Counted from the stretch's first letter, positions 48,317 to 58,389 are shown. The stretch is DNA of 64,000 bases from Candidatus Thorarchaeota archaeon (GCA_020348985.1 CP070761.1:2332310-2396309), one strand, 5' to 3'. Made by a program: numbers and translations. The notes: a model not told the origin generated them from the sequence alone.

Positions 48317-49207
48317 CTAAAGGGCTCTCGACTTCCAGTCTCTGATTCTGTACTGCAATTCCTCTACGTCACCTGGCTTGTTCTTCCACGTTCCTGCTGT
48401 CCTACGCATTTCGAAGACAAGTGAACCTCCTCGGCTCAGTTTCTGCTCTAGAATATCGACTGCAGTCTCGAGAGCTTCCACGATACCTTCTCTGCCCTCT
48501 GCTTTGCCCACAATGTCAACAAGCGAATCGAAGATTGCGGGAGGGTCCAAGGAGCGCCACTCTTCCCTCGGAATCTTGACCTCTCGATGACGAGCAGCTG
48601 GAACCACAGTATGTTCATCATCCAATTCAACTTCTCCGGCAGCCTGTAGTGCATCAACAATCTCGTAGGCCTGATGTACGTCGGTGACTAAGACGGATGC
48701 AATCTCTTCAAGTCTTATACTCCGTTTTGCCAGAACTAGATTCAAGACCTTGCATTGAGGGTCGCCCACTTCTAATAGAACCTCCCTCAAGGCATTGAGA
48801 GACTCTGGTTTTTCATTCAGGACTGCTGTTGCTGCTTGTGAAAGCACTTTGAGTCCATGTTCGAGCGAAGAGACAGATGTTCTCAAAGAAGTCAACTCCT
48901 CTTCCTTACTGGTATCTTCGGAGGGCTCATGCTTATGCGACAGCGCTTTGGTCTGGGCCGCTCTCATGTCTCGCATGTCATGGCCTACCTTCTCCAATGC
49001 TGCCTTGTACCGATTGGCATCCCCTCTCAGAGTTTGAATCTCCAGATCCTTGGAGGCAAGAAGATCTTCGAAGCGTTTTGCGTCTTCTGCCAGCTCATGT
49101 GCCCGTCTCTGAGCGCCACTCAACTGTGCTTGTAGAACCTCTATCTTCTGGTTCAAGCTCTGGATCGTGATTAGCTGGTCTCTCAATCTCGCTTCAAGCT
49201 CAGACAA
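48317..49207 (-). CDS. coiled-coil plus winged-helix plus C-terminal four-helix domain protein
   Basis: TTG start after SD AGGTGA; heptads; IRLEEIASVL..AYEIVDALQAAGEV wHTH. Confidence 0.72.
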   Translation of the reverse strand: MSELEARLRDQLITIQSLNQKIEVLQAQLSGAQRRAHELAEDAKRFEDLLASKDLEIQTLRGDANRYKAALEKVGHDMRDMRAAQTKALSHKHEPSEDTSKEEELTSLRTSVSSLEHGLKVLSQAATAVLNEKPESLNALREVLLEVGDPQCKVLNLVLAKRSIRLEEIASVLVTDVHQAYEIVDALQAAGEVELDDEHTVVPAARHREVKIPREEWRSLDPPAIFDSLVDIVGKAEGREGIVEALETAVDILEQKLSRGGSLVFEMRRTAGTWKNKPGDVEELQYRIRDWKSRAL

Positions 49208-49313
49208 TAAACATTCACCTTTACATAGGCTCAGATGCCAACTATTATGTAACTCAAGATAAGGTGATTTATGCTGGAGTACAAACGTCGAGATAACAGG
49301 AGACAGTCTTTCC

Positions 49314-50066
49314 ATGGAGCTTTTTGACGCGCACACGCATCTAGACATGAAGCACTTCAAAAACGACCTTCATAGAGTTCTAGAGAGAGCACGTGCTGCA
49401 GGTGTACAAGGGCTTGTGAATTCCTCGATAGGTCCTGGATCATTTCGACGAACATTGGGCATAGTCAAGAAATATCCGGATTATGTGTATCATTCCCCGG
49501 GATGTTCAGTCTCCCAATTGACCGAGGACGATGCTGACGCCATAGACATCCTAATTAGAAAGTACAAGGACCAGATTGTGGCCATTGGAGAAGTCGGTCT
49601 CGACTATCACTGGGTTCGTGACAGTGAAGGCAGAAAGGCCCAAGAACCCCTTTTTGTGAGATTCATTGATCTTGCTGACGAACTAAACCTCCCCCTTGTA
49701 GTTCACTCACGGAAGGCCGAAGCAGAGGCCCTCAGAATACTCGAGAGACAGTTTCAGGGTGATGTTCTGATGCACTGCTTCGATGGAACCTCTGATTCGG
49801 CCAAGAAGATACGAGACCTGGGGTGGAAAATCACGCTCCCCACCAACTTCAGGAAGTATCGGAATCGCGTTGAGGCGACAGCAATCCTCCCCCTTGAACA
49901 GATTCTCTTGGAGACTGACGGTCCTTATCTCTCACCCACCGAAGGCCGAAACGAACCGGCTAATCTTAGCATAGGTTGCACAGACCTGGCCGATCTTCTT
50001 GGACAACCAGTCGAAGATGTGGCAAAATCAACCACACAGAACTCAAGGCGCTTCTATGGTGTCTAG
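49314..50066 (+). CDS. tatD: TatD family nuclease
   Basis: DAHTHL, AIGEVGLD, VHSR, MHCF, LLETDGPY. Confidence 0.93.
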   Translation: MELFDAHTHLDMKHFKNDLHRVLERARAAGVQGLVNSSIGPGSFRRTLGIVKKYPDYVYHSPGCSVSQLTEDDADAIDILIRKYKDQIVAIGEVGLDYHWVRDSEGRKAQEPLFVRFIDLADELNLPLVVHSRKAEAEALRILERQFQGDVLMHCFDGTSDSAKKIRDLGWKITLPTNFRKYRNRVEATAILPLEQILLETDGPYLSPTEGRNEPANLSIGCTDLADLLGQPVEDVAKSTTQNSRRFYGV

Positions 50067-50130
50067 GACGCCCTCATGCAAAGGACCATATGAGAAGTAT
50101 GAGTATTCACAATGTTGGAAGAGACGAACG

Positions 50131-50922
50131 ATGTACAAACGAAAGTTCATTGATGTTGACGAATCAACTCTGAAAAAACCGGTCGCTATAGTTGGCCTTC
50201 CTGGAATCGCTAACGTCGGAAGAGTAGCGGTTGAATCATTAGTTGAATCTCTTGATGCGGTTCATTTCATGGATTTCTTTAGTGATGACTTTCCGCCTAG
50301 AGTCATAGTAAAGGATGGAATCTCGGAGTTTCCCACTTCGTCAATGTATCTCTATCGTGCGGCACCTGATGAGCCCAACGATGTTATCCTTCTCACCGCT
50401 GAATACCAGCCATCGTCAGGACAAGGAGTATTCGCATATGCAGACTTTGTCGCCCAGGAATTCGCGAAGATTGGGGTTTTGGAAGTCTTTGCAGTTGCTG
50501 CTTATGAACAAGGATACGAAGACTTTCTTGGCACATTTCCTGCGGGTCCGCGAGTCTATGTTTCTGCATCTTCCCAAGATCTTCTTAGAAGGATTACGGC
50601 CATTGATGGCTTTGCTGTGGCGATGAACGGTGTCATTAATGGTGCCAATGGTGTTATTCCGGCGTGGGCCGCTAGTATGTACAACATGGAGAGCGCATGT
50701 CTTCTCGGAGAGACTATGGGTGTCATCAAGATGGACTTCAGGGCTGCAAAGGCCGTGCTAGATAAGCTAGGTCAGCTTATTGGACTCAAGACCGATTTCG
50801 CATTCCTTGATGAACGTGTCCTGAAGGTTATTCAGTTCATTGAATGGGCTAGAGATGAAGTATCTCAGAAAGGAAGCCGGTCTGACACAAGCGAAAGCCC
50901 ACCCGACAGGTACATTGGCTAG
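50131..50922 (+). CDS. PAC2 family proteasome assembly chaperone-like protein
   Basis: IVGLPGIANVG, FPPRV, YQP, CLLGET, C-terminal YIG. Confidence 0.88.
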   Translation: MYKRKFIDVDESTLKKPVAIVGLPGIANVGRVAVESLVESLDAVHFMDFFSDDFPPRVIVKDGISEFPTSSMYLYRAAPDEPNDVILLTAEYQPSSGQGVFAYADFVAQEFAKIGVLEVFAVAAYEQGYEDFLGTFPAGPRVYVSASSQDLLRRITAIDGFAVAMNGVINGANGVIPAWAASMYNMESACLLGETMGVIKMDFRAAKAVLDKLGQLIGLKTDFAFLDERVLKVIQFIEWARDEVSQKGSRSDTSESPPDRYIG

Positions 50923-50924
50923 AC

Positions 50925-51122
50925 TCACTCTACAAGCTCTGGATGCAGAATATCTGTGATCCAGGCGCGACTATCTAGGTTGATATAGAAGTAATGGTCG
51001 TCGTGGACCACTTTCACCTGAAATGGGAACCTCTTCGCATGTTTGAGGACACCCTCAGATACTTTGATTGCTGTTCGTTTATCGCAAACTGGACATTTCG
51101 CGTATCTCTCGATCAAATCCAT
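50925..51122 (-). CDS. small CPxC..H..H putative zinc-binding protein
   Basis: KCPVC...VVHDDHYFYINLD; co-oriented with the upstream gene. Confidence 0.7.
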   Translation of the reverse strand: MDLIERYAKCPVCDKRTAIKVSEGVLKHAKRFPFQVKVVHDDHYFYINLDSRAWITDILHPELVE

Positions 51123-51127
51123 TCCCT

Positions 51128-51592
51128 CTATGTCTTTACCTTCGAATCGGAACTCATGACAAGCGATGCGTCACAATCACCTGGCTTGCTCAGGGCTTTC
51201 GCAAAGATCGCCATAATACTCTCAGGATCAAGTGAGGCGAAAGCGTCACTATCGGTTCCTACAATTCGCAAATTCTCGTAAACACCAGATTCCACTAGAA
51301 CTTGAACCCGTTCACCTTCGTGATTCAACGCGACAATGAGGAATTTGGCGAAGTCTTTGAACTCGCCTTTAGGTCCTCTCAACGATGCTTTGATACGTTC
51401 GATTCGGTTGTTATCTATGCATGAAGCTAGGAGATAGGAACGAATAATCCTGTTTCCTACCTTCCTTCGGATGTCCATGAAAGAAAGTGGACTCTCGCCA
51501 TCGATTTTCAGTGTCCAAGAACGATTCAAGCCTAATGGGCCACCCATCATCCATTTGCTATGTGCAATATAGAAGTTACTTGGCTGAACCAT
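51128..51592 (-). CDS. hypothetical protein
   Basis: ATG 51592 after AGGAG; 154 aa. Confidence 0.65.
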   Translation of the reverse strand: MVQPSNFYIAHSKWMMGGPLGLNRSWTLKIDGESPLSFMDIRRKVGNRIIRSYLLASCIDNNRIERIKASLRGPKGEFKDFAKFLIVALNHEGERVQVLVESGVYENLRIVGTDSDAFASLDPESIMAIFAKALSKPGDCDASLVMSSDSKVKT

Positions 51593-51709
51593 TTGGGCAG
51601 CTCCTTGCATGCCCCTGTGGTCATTTCGCCGTAAGTCATCGTGTCCCACGAATCTTTATTTGATGGTAAGCTTACCAAAGTTCCATAAGGTACGTCAGGA
51701 GCGGGTTTC

Positions 51710-52420
51710 ATGCTGCAGACAATCGATATGATTATTCGCGAAGTCCATGTGGGCTTGTGGTTCCTTGTAGTGGGGTACTACTTCTTCATCTTCATATTCC
51801 TTTTAGCTTTCCGATGGCGCAAGAGCCGAAATCCCTTCCAGCTTGCAATGGCATTGTTCTTCCTGTTCCTGGCTGTAGGCCGGTGTTTCTTCTTCATAGG
51901 CGACTTCTACGCAGATGCCACCTCTCTCTATGGCACATTGCCTAGCTACACAGGTCCGTTTCTCCCAGCAACTGATGTTTGGCTTAGAGCAGGTGGATTC
52001 TTCCAATGGATGGCCCTTGGTATTCTCGCTGCAACGGCCGGCTTCATGATTTTCGGGAAGCGCTGGGCTGAGATTGGATTCGCTAGTGTTGCAATTGCCA
52101 TCGGTATTGGTCTTGCCGTTCTACCCTACGCTTCCGTTCGCGACATATCAGGACTATTCGGAATCGGATATGCCCTTTTCATTCCTTTGCTATTCTGGTA
52201 CCTTGCGTGGCAGTCCGGAGGTATTCTGAGACGTTCCAATTTCGTCCTTGGTTTCGGTTTCCTTATTCTTTTCGCAGGACGGGTTGTGCATGCTGCCCGC
52301 CACGTCCTTGCGGACGTGGTGTTTATGAGCGAGACAATCCCTGGGGTCTTGGCACCTGGACTGATCATCATAGGACTAATCCTAATTGCGATAGCAAATG
52401 AATGGGCTCAGACCCAATAG
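51710..52420 (+). CDS. multi-pass (about 7 TM) membrane protein
   Basis: Seven hydrophobic segments. Confidence 0.8.
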   Translation: MLQTIDMIIREVHVGLWFLVVGYYFFIFIFLLAFRWRKSRNPFQLAMALFFLFLAVGRCFFFIGDFYADATSLYGTLPSYTGPFLPATDVWLRAGGFFQWMALGILAATAGFMIFGKRWAEIGFASVAIAIGIGLAVLPYASVRDISGLFGIGYALFIPLLFWYLAWQSGGILRRSNFVLGFGFLILFAGRVVHAARHVLADVVFMSETIPGVLAPGLIIIGLILIAIANEWAQTQ

Positions 52421-52493
52421 CCTCACGAGCTTCGTTTGAGGTTATGAGAATTCATGTGTTGTCAGAAAATGCTTAAGAACTGTACGTGATTGA

Positions 52494-53105
52494 CTAGCCT
52501 ATCTCCTTCCACTCAAGCATCTTCATGTCCTCGAGTGTGTGCAGCGACTTATTCACTTCCTTTTCTGGAAGCCCAAGCTGATCTGCAATGTCTCTTGCTG
52601 TCAACTTGCCTTTGCACATCTTTGCGACATCAAACACCCGCTGAGAGATCTGTCCAAGTCGAACCGACATTGGTGATACTTTCCCCTTGAGAAGGGGCAC
52701 AATGATCTTCTGTTCAGATGCTCGGCCCATGTCAGTAAGGTTGTCTACTACTGCCTTGAACTTCTCGAAAGGCTCCAAGTTCCCGTCCCAGTTCTCGAGT
52801 ACACTGGTGTATTCCTTGACGAATTCGTTGTTGACCTCTGCGAGGACTGCCATCGCAGCATTTCCGTCGTCGGTCTTGTCGATTGTTCCGGCAACGATTA
52901 TGTTCTCCTTCAAAGAGAGACAAATGTTGAATTCACCAAACTCGATGACATGCACTCTGTTTCCGGAGCTCAACTCTCTTCCAAACTGAATTAGGGCTGT
53001 AAGAAAGCCAGCAATTAGGTTGGGGTCCAGTTCAGCCTGCCCGTATTTTCTGTCAAGTACGCATAATCCGCTGTCGGCAATCAAGACATAGAGCGCTTGG
53101 ATCAA
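52494..53105 (-). CDS. longin-like domain fused to a C-terminal winged helix
   Basis: LYVLIADSGLCV..DPNLIAGFLTALIQFGRE longin pattern; TARDIADQLG..SLHTLEDMKML HTH. Confidence 0.75.
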   Translation of the reverse strand: MIQALYVLIADSGLCVLDRKYGQAELDPNLIAGFLTALIQFGRELSSGNRVHVIEFGEFNICLSLKENIIVAGTIDKTDDGNAAMAVLAEVNNEFVKEYTSVLENWDGNLEPFEKFKAVVDNLTDMGRASEQKIIVPLLKGKVSPMSVRLGQISQRVFDVAKMCKGKLTARDIADQLGLPEKEVNKSLHTLEDMKMLEWKEIG

Positions 53106-53238
53106 AGTGACTCACTCCCAACCGGGGAATCTGCTTGAGGACTTCACATCTTTGTTTATATCAATATTCATGGCATCTTCGTTTTTGCTCCGTCTGGTTT
53201 ATCAGTAGTCACATCTCGGTGTTTCAGGGAGATCAATC

Positions 53239-53937
53239 ATGGACACAGCCAAGGATGCACGAATTCTAGTCCTAGAAGACGCGCTTAGACGTCTTAGCGA
53301 ACTTGTGAGCAATAGGAAGCTGAAGTTCCATATTGACTATGCCAAGCTGTCCAAAACCATTCAAAAAGCCGGAACTCTCATCTATGAAGTGAAATACTCC
53401 TATCTGGACGCAAAACTGCTTGCTGACCATTCCGCGGTAGGCGGAATTGCTGAAGAGATTGGGGCTTTTGCAGGAACCTATCATGCTGCAGTGAGTGCGA
53501 TTTCCTTTAGGCCACAGTCATCGAAGGAGACTCTTATCACGGCAGAGGTTGATTACTGCCTCAGAATCGTCGATGGCTTTCGAAGAAGGCTTCTAGATCA
53601 TGAAGAGGATCCTGGCTTTGCTGTCGACATGATTGTTGTAGAAGTAAGTCAAGTACAGCCACTGGAAGGGTCCAAGAATCTGAAATTGTGCAGGTGCACA
53701 GATGGCACCAGAATCTGGCAGATCGTTACTAATCTCGAGGGAATCAGCCCGTCATCGCGTTTGGCTTGCGCACTCCTTCCTCCGGTTGAGATGATGGGAG
53801 TAGTCAGTGAGGCGATGTTTCTTGGAGGTGATACGCTGCCTGAATCCATAGGGCTCGGTCCCCTGAAGAATCCATCTTCAAAACTCCTTAATCAGTCACG
53901 GGCCCAAGTTGCGCAAATAGCAAAGAGGATGACCTAG
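53239..53937 (+). CDS. archaeal tRNA-binding (EMAP/Trbp OB-fold) protein
   Basis: L..CRCTDG..IVTNL..ALLPPVEMMGVVSEAMF. Confidence 0.85.
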   Translation: MDTAKDARILVLEDALRRLSELVSNRKLKFHIDYAKLSKTIQKAGTLIYEVKYSYLDAKLLADHSAVGGIAEEIGAFAGTYHAAVSAISFRPQSSKETLITAEVDYCLRIVDGFRRRLLDHEEDPGFAVDMIVVEVSQVQPLEGSKNLKLCRCTDGTRIWQIVTNLEGISPSSRLACALLPPVEMMGVVSEAMFLGGDTLPESIGLGPLKNPSSKLLNQSRAQVAQIAKRMT

Positions 53938-53938
53938 C

Positions 53939-54277
53939 ATGAACCTAAAGCTAATCCAGGAGAGATCAAGACAGTTTGAGGAAGCACGCGGGTGGGACAA
54001 GTTTCCTGCGTCTCAGGTTTTCGCTCATTTAATCGAAGAGCTCGGAGAGATTTCCCGGCATATTACTGTAAAAGAGGGATACAAAGTCATTGGACTAGGA
54101 CACGAACTGCCGGATGATTCCTCCCTCCCGCGTGAGTTTGCTCAAGTCTTCTCGTTGTTCATACAACTGGCAAATCACTTTGGTGTAGATTTGGAGGATT
54201 CAATAATCTCAGAGATGGATCGGATGAACTCTCGCTTCCCGGAAAAGGAATGGAAAGATTACATGAGTGAGAAGTGA
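53939..54277 (+). CDS. MazG-like NTP pyrophosphohydrolase
   Basis: RGWD..LIEELGEI..EFAQV..LANHFGVDLE. Confidence 0.85.
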   Translation: MNLKLIQERSRQFEEARGWDKFPASQVFAHLIEELGEISRHITVKEGYKVIGLGHELPDDSSLPREFAQVFSLFIQLANHFGVDLEDSIISEMDRMNSRFPEKEWKDYMSEK

Positions 54278-54283
54278 GCCCTT

Positions 54284-54715
54284 CTACTTCAGTCTTAGTC
54301 GCGCATCAAGTGCACTTCTTGCCATGTCTTCGAGATCCTGTGTGGCCGCCAAGAGACCCAGGGCTTTGTTGTGCACTACTTTGATGTTCTTCTCTTGCGC
54401 CCATTGAGCGAGCCCGGAAACAAGCGGCCCCAGTGCTGTTCTTGCAGCTTCAACTGTGCCGACAGCCTTTCCAAGCAGCTCGACACCTTGGTCTTTGCGC
54501 ATACCAGCCTCCGCAACACGTAACCAGACCAGCGCGTGGATCATGTACAATGCATCAAGCATCAATGTGGGCGATTTCGGATTATCTTGGACCTTACGGA
54601 TCAGTCTATCTTTCCTGCTCTCAAACACTTCCTTGAAGTGACTAAACGCTTTCTTGTCATTTCCTTTGTCGAGCTCGATGATTCCTTTCTGAAGCTTTTC
54701 GTCGCTTTCTGACAC
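54284..54715 (-). CDS. hypothetical helical protein
   Basis: 143-aa ORF with GTG start after GGGTG. Confidence 0.65.
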   Translation of the reverse strand: MSESDEKLQKGIIELDKGNDKKAFSHFKEVFESRKDRLIRKVQDNPKSPTLMLDALYMIHALVWLRVAEAGMRKDQGVELLGKAVGTVEAARTALGPLVSGLAQWAQEKNIKVVHNKALGLLAATQDLEDMARSALDARLRLK

Positions 54716-54891
54716 GATTCAACACCCCGTTCCGGTCTCATGGATTTCTGATTCGACACTATTATGGGTTTCTCCTTTCAACTCTTGAAAAGACGATGTA
54801 TTACTTCGAGACAGTATGTCTGAGTTCTCGGAAGCTTATTATGAAGCCTTAGGCAAACCAGCGACCTCAATACTGCTTATGAGGTCTTCCC

Positions 54892-56484
54892 ATGGTCCGC
54901 ACAACGTTCACATACCAAGAGCTGAAGCGCACTAATCACCGTGAGATAAAGCGGCTTCAAGATCAGAAGTTCAGAGCCTTCATACGATATCAGGTGTGGC
55001 CTAACCACCCCTACTACCGCCGTCTTTTCAAAGAGCTAGACATCGACCCGTTCAACATTGTTTGCGTGGAAGATTGGGCGAAGTACAACATACCTTTGGT
55101 GAGAAAGAGTGAGTACAAGGACCATCTCAGAGAATTCGTTCTTAACCCAACAGAAGTCGATGGAAGCCCTCGTGATCCAGCCGATGTTGTCAAGAATCTT
55201 ATGGAGTATTCCAAAGAGGCCGGACACTCGGACCTTGCTAAGTTCATTCGGAACAACGGAGCTCGTGTCAAGCTGAAGATAGGTGCAGGAGCCGCGATGG
55301 AGCGACTTAAAGAACGTCTTGCACACCAGTACGCACCTTTGCAGTTTTGGCTCAGTTCGGGACGGGCATCAGGCTTGCCGTCCCCTGTCTTTCTTACAAG
55401 ATATGATAATGAGCTCCTCTACAGCAACTGTGTCAAAGTTGGACAGATGGCTATTGACCCATGGGTGGACAGTGGATGGGAACTGATCAGCATGAATCTC
55501 TTTCCTTATGCTCCGCACCTAGGTTGGCATGCAGTCAACTTGGGCCTCAAACAGATGTCAAAGTTCTACGTCGCCACGAGTGCGGGGGGTGCGATTCCAA
55601 GTGAGAAGCTGGTCGAATTGGCCGGTGTCTTCAAAGTCAACGGCTTCGCAGGGATGCCCAGTTACATGAGAAACAGATTCTTCCGTGCAATGGCTGAAGC
55701 AGACTATGAAGCTCCTGAAAGAGTGGTTGTTGTTTTGGCAGGTGAGAAGATCTATGGTCCAGTCGTGGAAGATATCAAGACAATTCTAGTTGCTAAGGGT
55801 GCAAGAGAGGTCCGCGTGGTGGGAGGATATGCTTCTTCGGAGAGCAAGATCTCTTTTGCAGTCCAGTGTGACCTAAGTGGTCCCTATCACAATGTATCCC
55901 CTTTGATGCTTGCATTTGAGTCGGTCAAGCTAAACGATGACGGAACCTATGATTTCGTTGGGGAAGACGAATCAGGATATGCGGCATTGTTTCATCTCGA
56001 TGGTACTGGAACTGTAGTTGAGGGTTTCCTCCTGGGTGACGTGATTTCGAAGCAGGAGCGGGGCAGATGTCCCGTTTGCGGAATGGACGGACCATTCTTC
56101 TGGGACGTCGGAAGGACAAATGATGCTGAAGCGCAGATTCAGGTGATAGGTCTGACTGAAAAGACCATCAAGGGTGCCACGGTCAACTTGACTGCTTTGC
56201 GGAGTGACCTTCTCGCAATCTCGGGGGTCGAGGAAGTTCAGATAGAAGTCGCCAAGGAAGACATGCAAGATCCTTACAGCATGGACGTACTGAATCTCTA
56301 TGTGGCATTCAGAGGTTCCGTTAGCTCTAACCAAGCCGCCTTGATTGAAGAACTGAAGAAGATTACAAAGATATCCGCTGAGGTCACTCCCGTTGTTCAT
56401 GTCATTTCCTTTGAAGAACTTCTTGAACGGGCCGGTGGCATGAAGTTCATGGAGGTAGTAGACTCTAGACCTAAACCTTCATAG
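54892..56484 (+). CDS. divergent phenylacetate-CoA ligase-like adenylate-forming enzyme
   Basis: PYYRRLF, SSGRASG P-loop variant, AGMPSY, LAGE, GYASSE, LGD, GR. Confidence 0.75.
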   Translation: MVRTTFTYQELKRTNHREIKRLQDQKFRAFIRYQVWPNHPYYRRLFKELDIDPFNIVCVEDWAKYNIPLVRKSEYKDHLREFVLNPTEVDGSPRDPADVVKNLMEYSKEAGHSDLAKFIRNNGARVKLKIGAGAAMERLKERLAHQYAPLQFWLSSGRASGLPSPVFLTRYDNELLYSNCVKVGQMAIDPWVDSGWELISMNLFPYAPHLGWHAVNLGLKQMSKFYVATSAGGAIPSEKLVELAGVFKVNGFAGMPSYMRNRFFRAMAEADYEAPERVVVVLAGEKIYGPVVEDIKTILVAKGAREVRVVGGYASSESKISFAVQCDLSGPYHNVSPLMLAFESVKLNDDGTYDFVGEDESGYAALFHLDGTGTVVEGFLLGDVISKQERGRCPVCGMDGPFFWDVGRTNDAEAQIQVIGLTEKTIKGATVNLTALRSDLLAISGVEEVQIEVAKEDMQDPYSMDVLNLYVAFRGSVSSNQAALIEELKKITKISAEVTPVVHVISFEELLERAGGMKFMEVVDSRPKPS

Positions 56485-56500
56485 AACCGAGCAAAACCTT

Positions 56501-56543
56501 GGAAGAAAAAGAGGAGGTACCTGGGTCAAGAGACCCATGTACC
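56501..56543 (-). terminator. hairpin plus T tract between convergent genes
   Basis: GGTAC-C-TGGGTC-AAGA-GACCCA-T-GTACC; minus strand continues TCCTCTTTTTCTTCC. Confidence 0.55.
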
Positions 56544-56567
56544 GTCGAATTCGTTTTGACTTCTGGT

Positions 56568-56951
56568 CTACCTAAACCTGCGCTTGATATCGGGCTGATT
56601 GAGGTATAGAACGATGATTATCGCAATCGCCAGACTGACGTAATCCAGAGGTGGGATGATTCCTACGATAATGTTCAAGATGTTGACAATGATAGCCCAT
56701 GTCCATGCCCATGACTTGAGAGACCACAGTCCCCAGCCAACAATCAATGATATGAAACCAAGGATTACCATTATCATGCCGAAAACTGCTAACAGTATGA
56801 AGAGCATGCCGGCGAGTGTCGCCAATATCCCTGTGACGAGCATAAACGCTCCTCCAAGGAATTGTAGCAGCGCAAGTATAGTCACGCCCAGTGGTCGTTC
56901 ATCGCTGACGCCATAACCCGCTCCCGGGTCGGCAACTGGTATTTCCGCCAA
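56568..56951 (-). CDS. small four-TM membrane protein
   Basis: RPLGVTILA...GWGLW.LKSWAW...YL.QPDIK.RF. Confidence 0.8.
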   Translation of the reverse strand: MAEIPVADPGAGYGVSDERPLGVTILALLQFLGGAFMLVTGILATLAGMLFILLAVFGMIMVILGFISLIVGWGLWSLKSWAWTWAIIVNILNIIVGIIPPLDYVSLAIAIIIVLYLNQPDIKRRFR

Positions 56952-57048
56952 ATGTATTCCTCCTTACACAACATGAATTGTAGAAAGACAACTATTATAC
57001 AGACTTATAACTCGTTCGCGGATTTGCCCGAAATGAATGAAAAACGCG

Positions 57049-58389
57049 CTACAGAGTAGTCACAAGATTGTGTTTCTTCACGAACTCGCACAGTACATCT
57101 TCGAGATTCGGACGACCTATTTCCTGTAGATCATACCTGACTCTCACACTAGGTTTGTTGATCTTCATTAGTTTTCCAAGGTCTATCGGTGTCCCAATCA
57201 CAACTGCATCAACGTCGGCTTTGTTGATTGTCTCCTGTAGCTCTTTCATCTGTGTCTTTCCGTAACCCATTGCAGGTAGCACATTCTCGAGATGGTAGTA
57301 CTTCTCGAATGTATCTTTGATGCTGCCAACTGCATAGGGTCGCGGGTCGACTATTCTGGCGCCTGCTTTCCTAGCTGCAATGTATCCTGCGCCATATGGC
57401 ATATCGCCATGTGTGACCGTTGGACCGTCCTCTACAATAATCACACTCTTGCCTTTGATCTTCTCTATATCATCAATCAAAAGCGGTGAAGCAGCCTCGA
57501 TTATTACCGCTTCTGGATTTGTTGCGAGAATGTTCTCTCTGACCTCTTCTATGTCGTCGTAGTCGGCTGTGGTAACCTTGTTGATGATTACAACGTCGGC
57601 CATACGTAAATTGGTTTCTCCTGGATAGTATGAAATCTCGTGACCGGGTCTGTGTGGGTCAACGATTGTAATCATAAGATCGGGTTCAAAGAATGGAAAG
57701 TCGTTGTTTCCTCCGTCCCAAGTTATTACATCAGCCTCTTGCTCAGCTTGTTCGATTATCCTGTCGTAGTCAATACCCGCATAGAGGGTCACTCCCAGAT
57801 TGATCATTGGCTCGTATTCTTCTCGCTCTTCGATTGTGCATCTGTACTTGTCCAAGTCCTCAAGCACTTCATATCGCTGAGCAATCTGAGTGGTCAAGTC
57901 CGGGTCATATGGCATTGGATGACGAATGTTAACCGGCTTCAGCCCGATGTCTAGCAGTATCTTGTTCACTCTTCTTGATGTCTGACTTTTTCCGCAACCA
58001 GTTCTAACAGCGCAGACAGCAATGACCGGTTTTTTGCTCTTTAGCATCGTGGTCCTAGGTCCCATCATTCGAATGTCGGGGCCGAGGCTGTTGACCCATG
58101 CAATCTTGTGACCTACGGTGTCATAAGATAGATCTGAATATGCAAGAATGCATTGTTCCACATCGAACTTGTCAACCAACTCCGGCAACATCTTTTCGGG
58201 ATAGATTCGGATTCCTTCAGGGTATAGGTCTCCTGACAATTCCGGAGGATACTTTCTATCTCCTATTCCCGGAATCTGCTCGGCGGTGAAAGCAACTACT
58301 TCATATCTATCGTTGTCCCGAAAATGAACATTGAATACGTGAAAGTCGCGACCCGCTGCTCCTAAAATCACCACTCTCGTTCTGGTCAT
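57049..58389 (-). CDS. COG2403 P-loop enzyme (cyclic 2,3-DPG synthetase family; arginine synthetase ArcE-like)
   Basis: ILGAAGRDFH, QIPGI..RKYPPEL, AVRTGCGKSQT, RHPMPY, TIEEREEYE, WDGGNND, EDGPT. Confidence 0.85.
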   Translation of the reverse strand: MTRTRVVILGAAGRDFHVFNVHFRDNDRYEVVAFTAEQIPGIGDRKYPPELSGDLYPEGIRIYPEKMLPELVDKFDVEQCILAYSDLSYDTVGHKIAWVNSLGPDIRMMGPRTTMLKSKKPVIAVCAVRTGCGKSQTSRRVNKILLDIGLKPVNIRHPMPYDPDLTTQIAQRYEVLEDLDKYRCTIEEREEYEPMINLGVTLYAGIDYDRIIEQAEQEADVITWDGGNNDFPFFEPDLMITIVDPHRPGHEISYYPGETNLRMADVVIINKVTTADYDDIEEVRENILATNPEAVIIEAASPLLIDDIEKIKGKSVIIVEDGPTVTHGDMPYGAGYIAARKAGARIVDPRPYAVGSIKDTFEKYYHLENVLPAMGYGKTQMKELQETINKADVDAVVIGTPIDLGKLMKINKPSVRVRYDLQEIGRPNLEDVLCEFVKKHNLVTTL

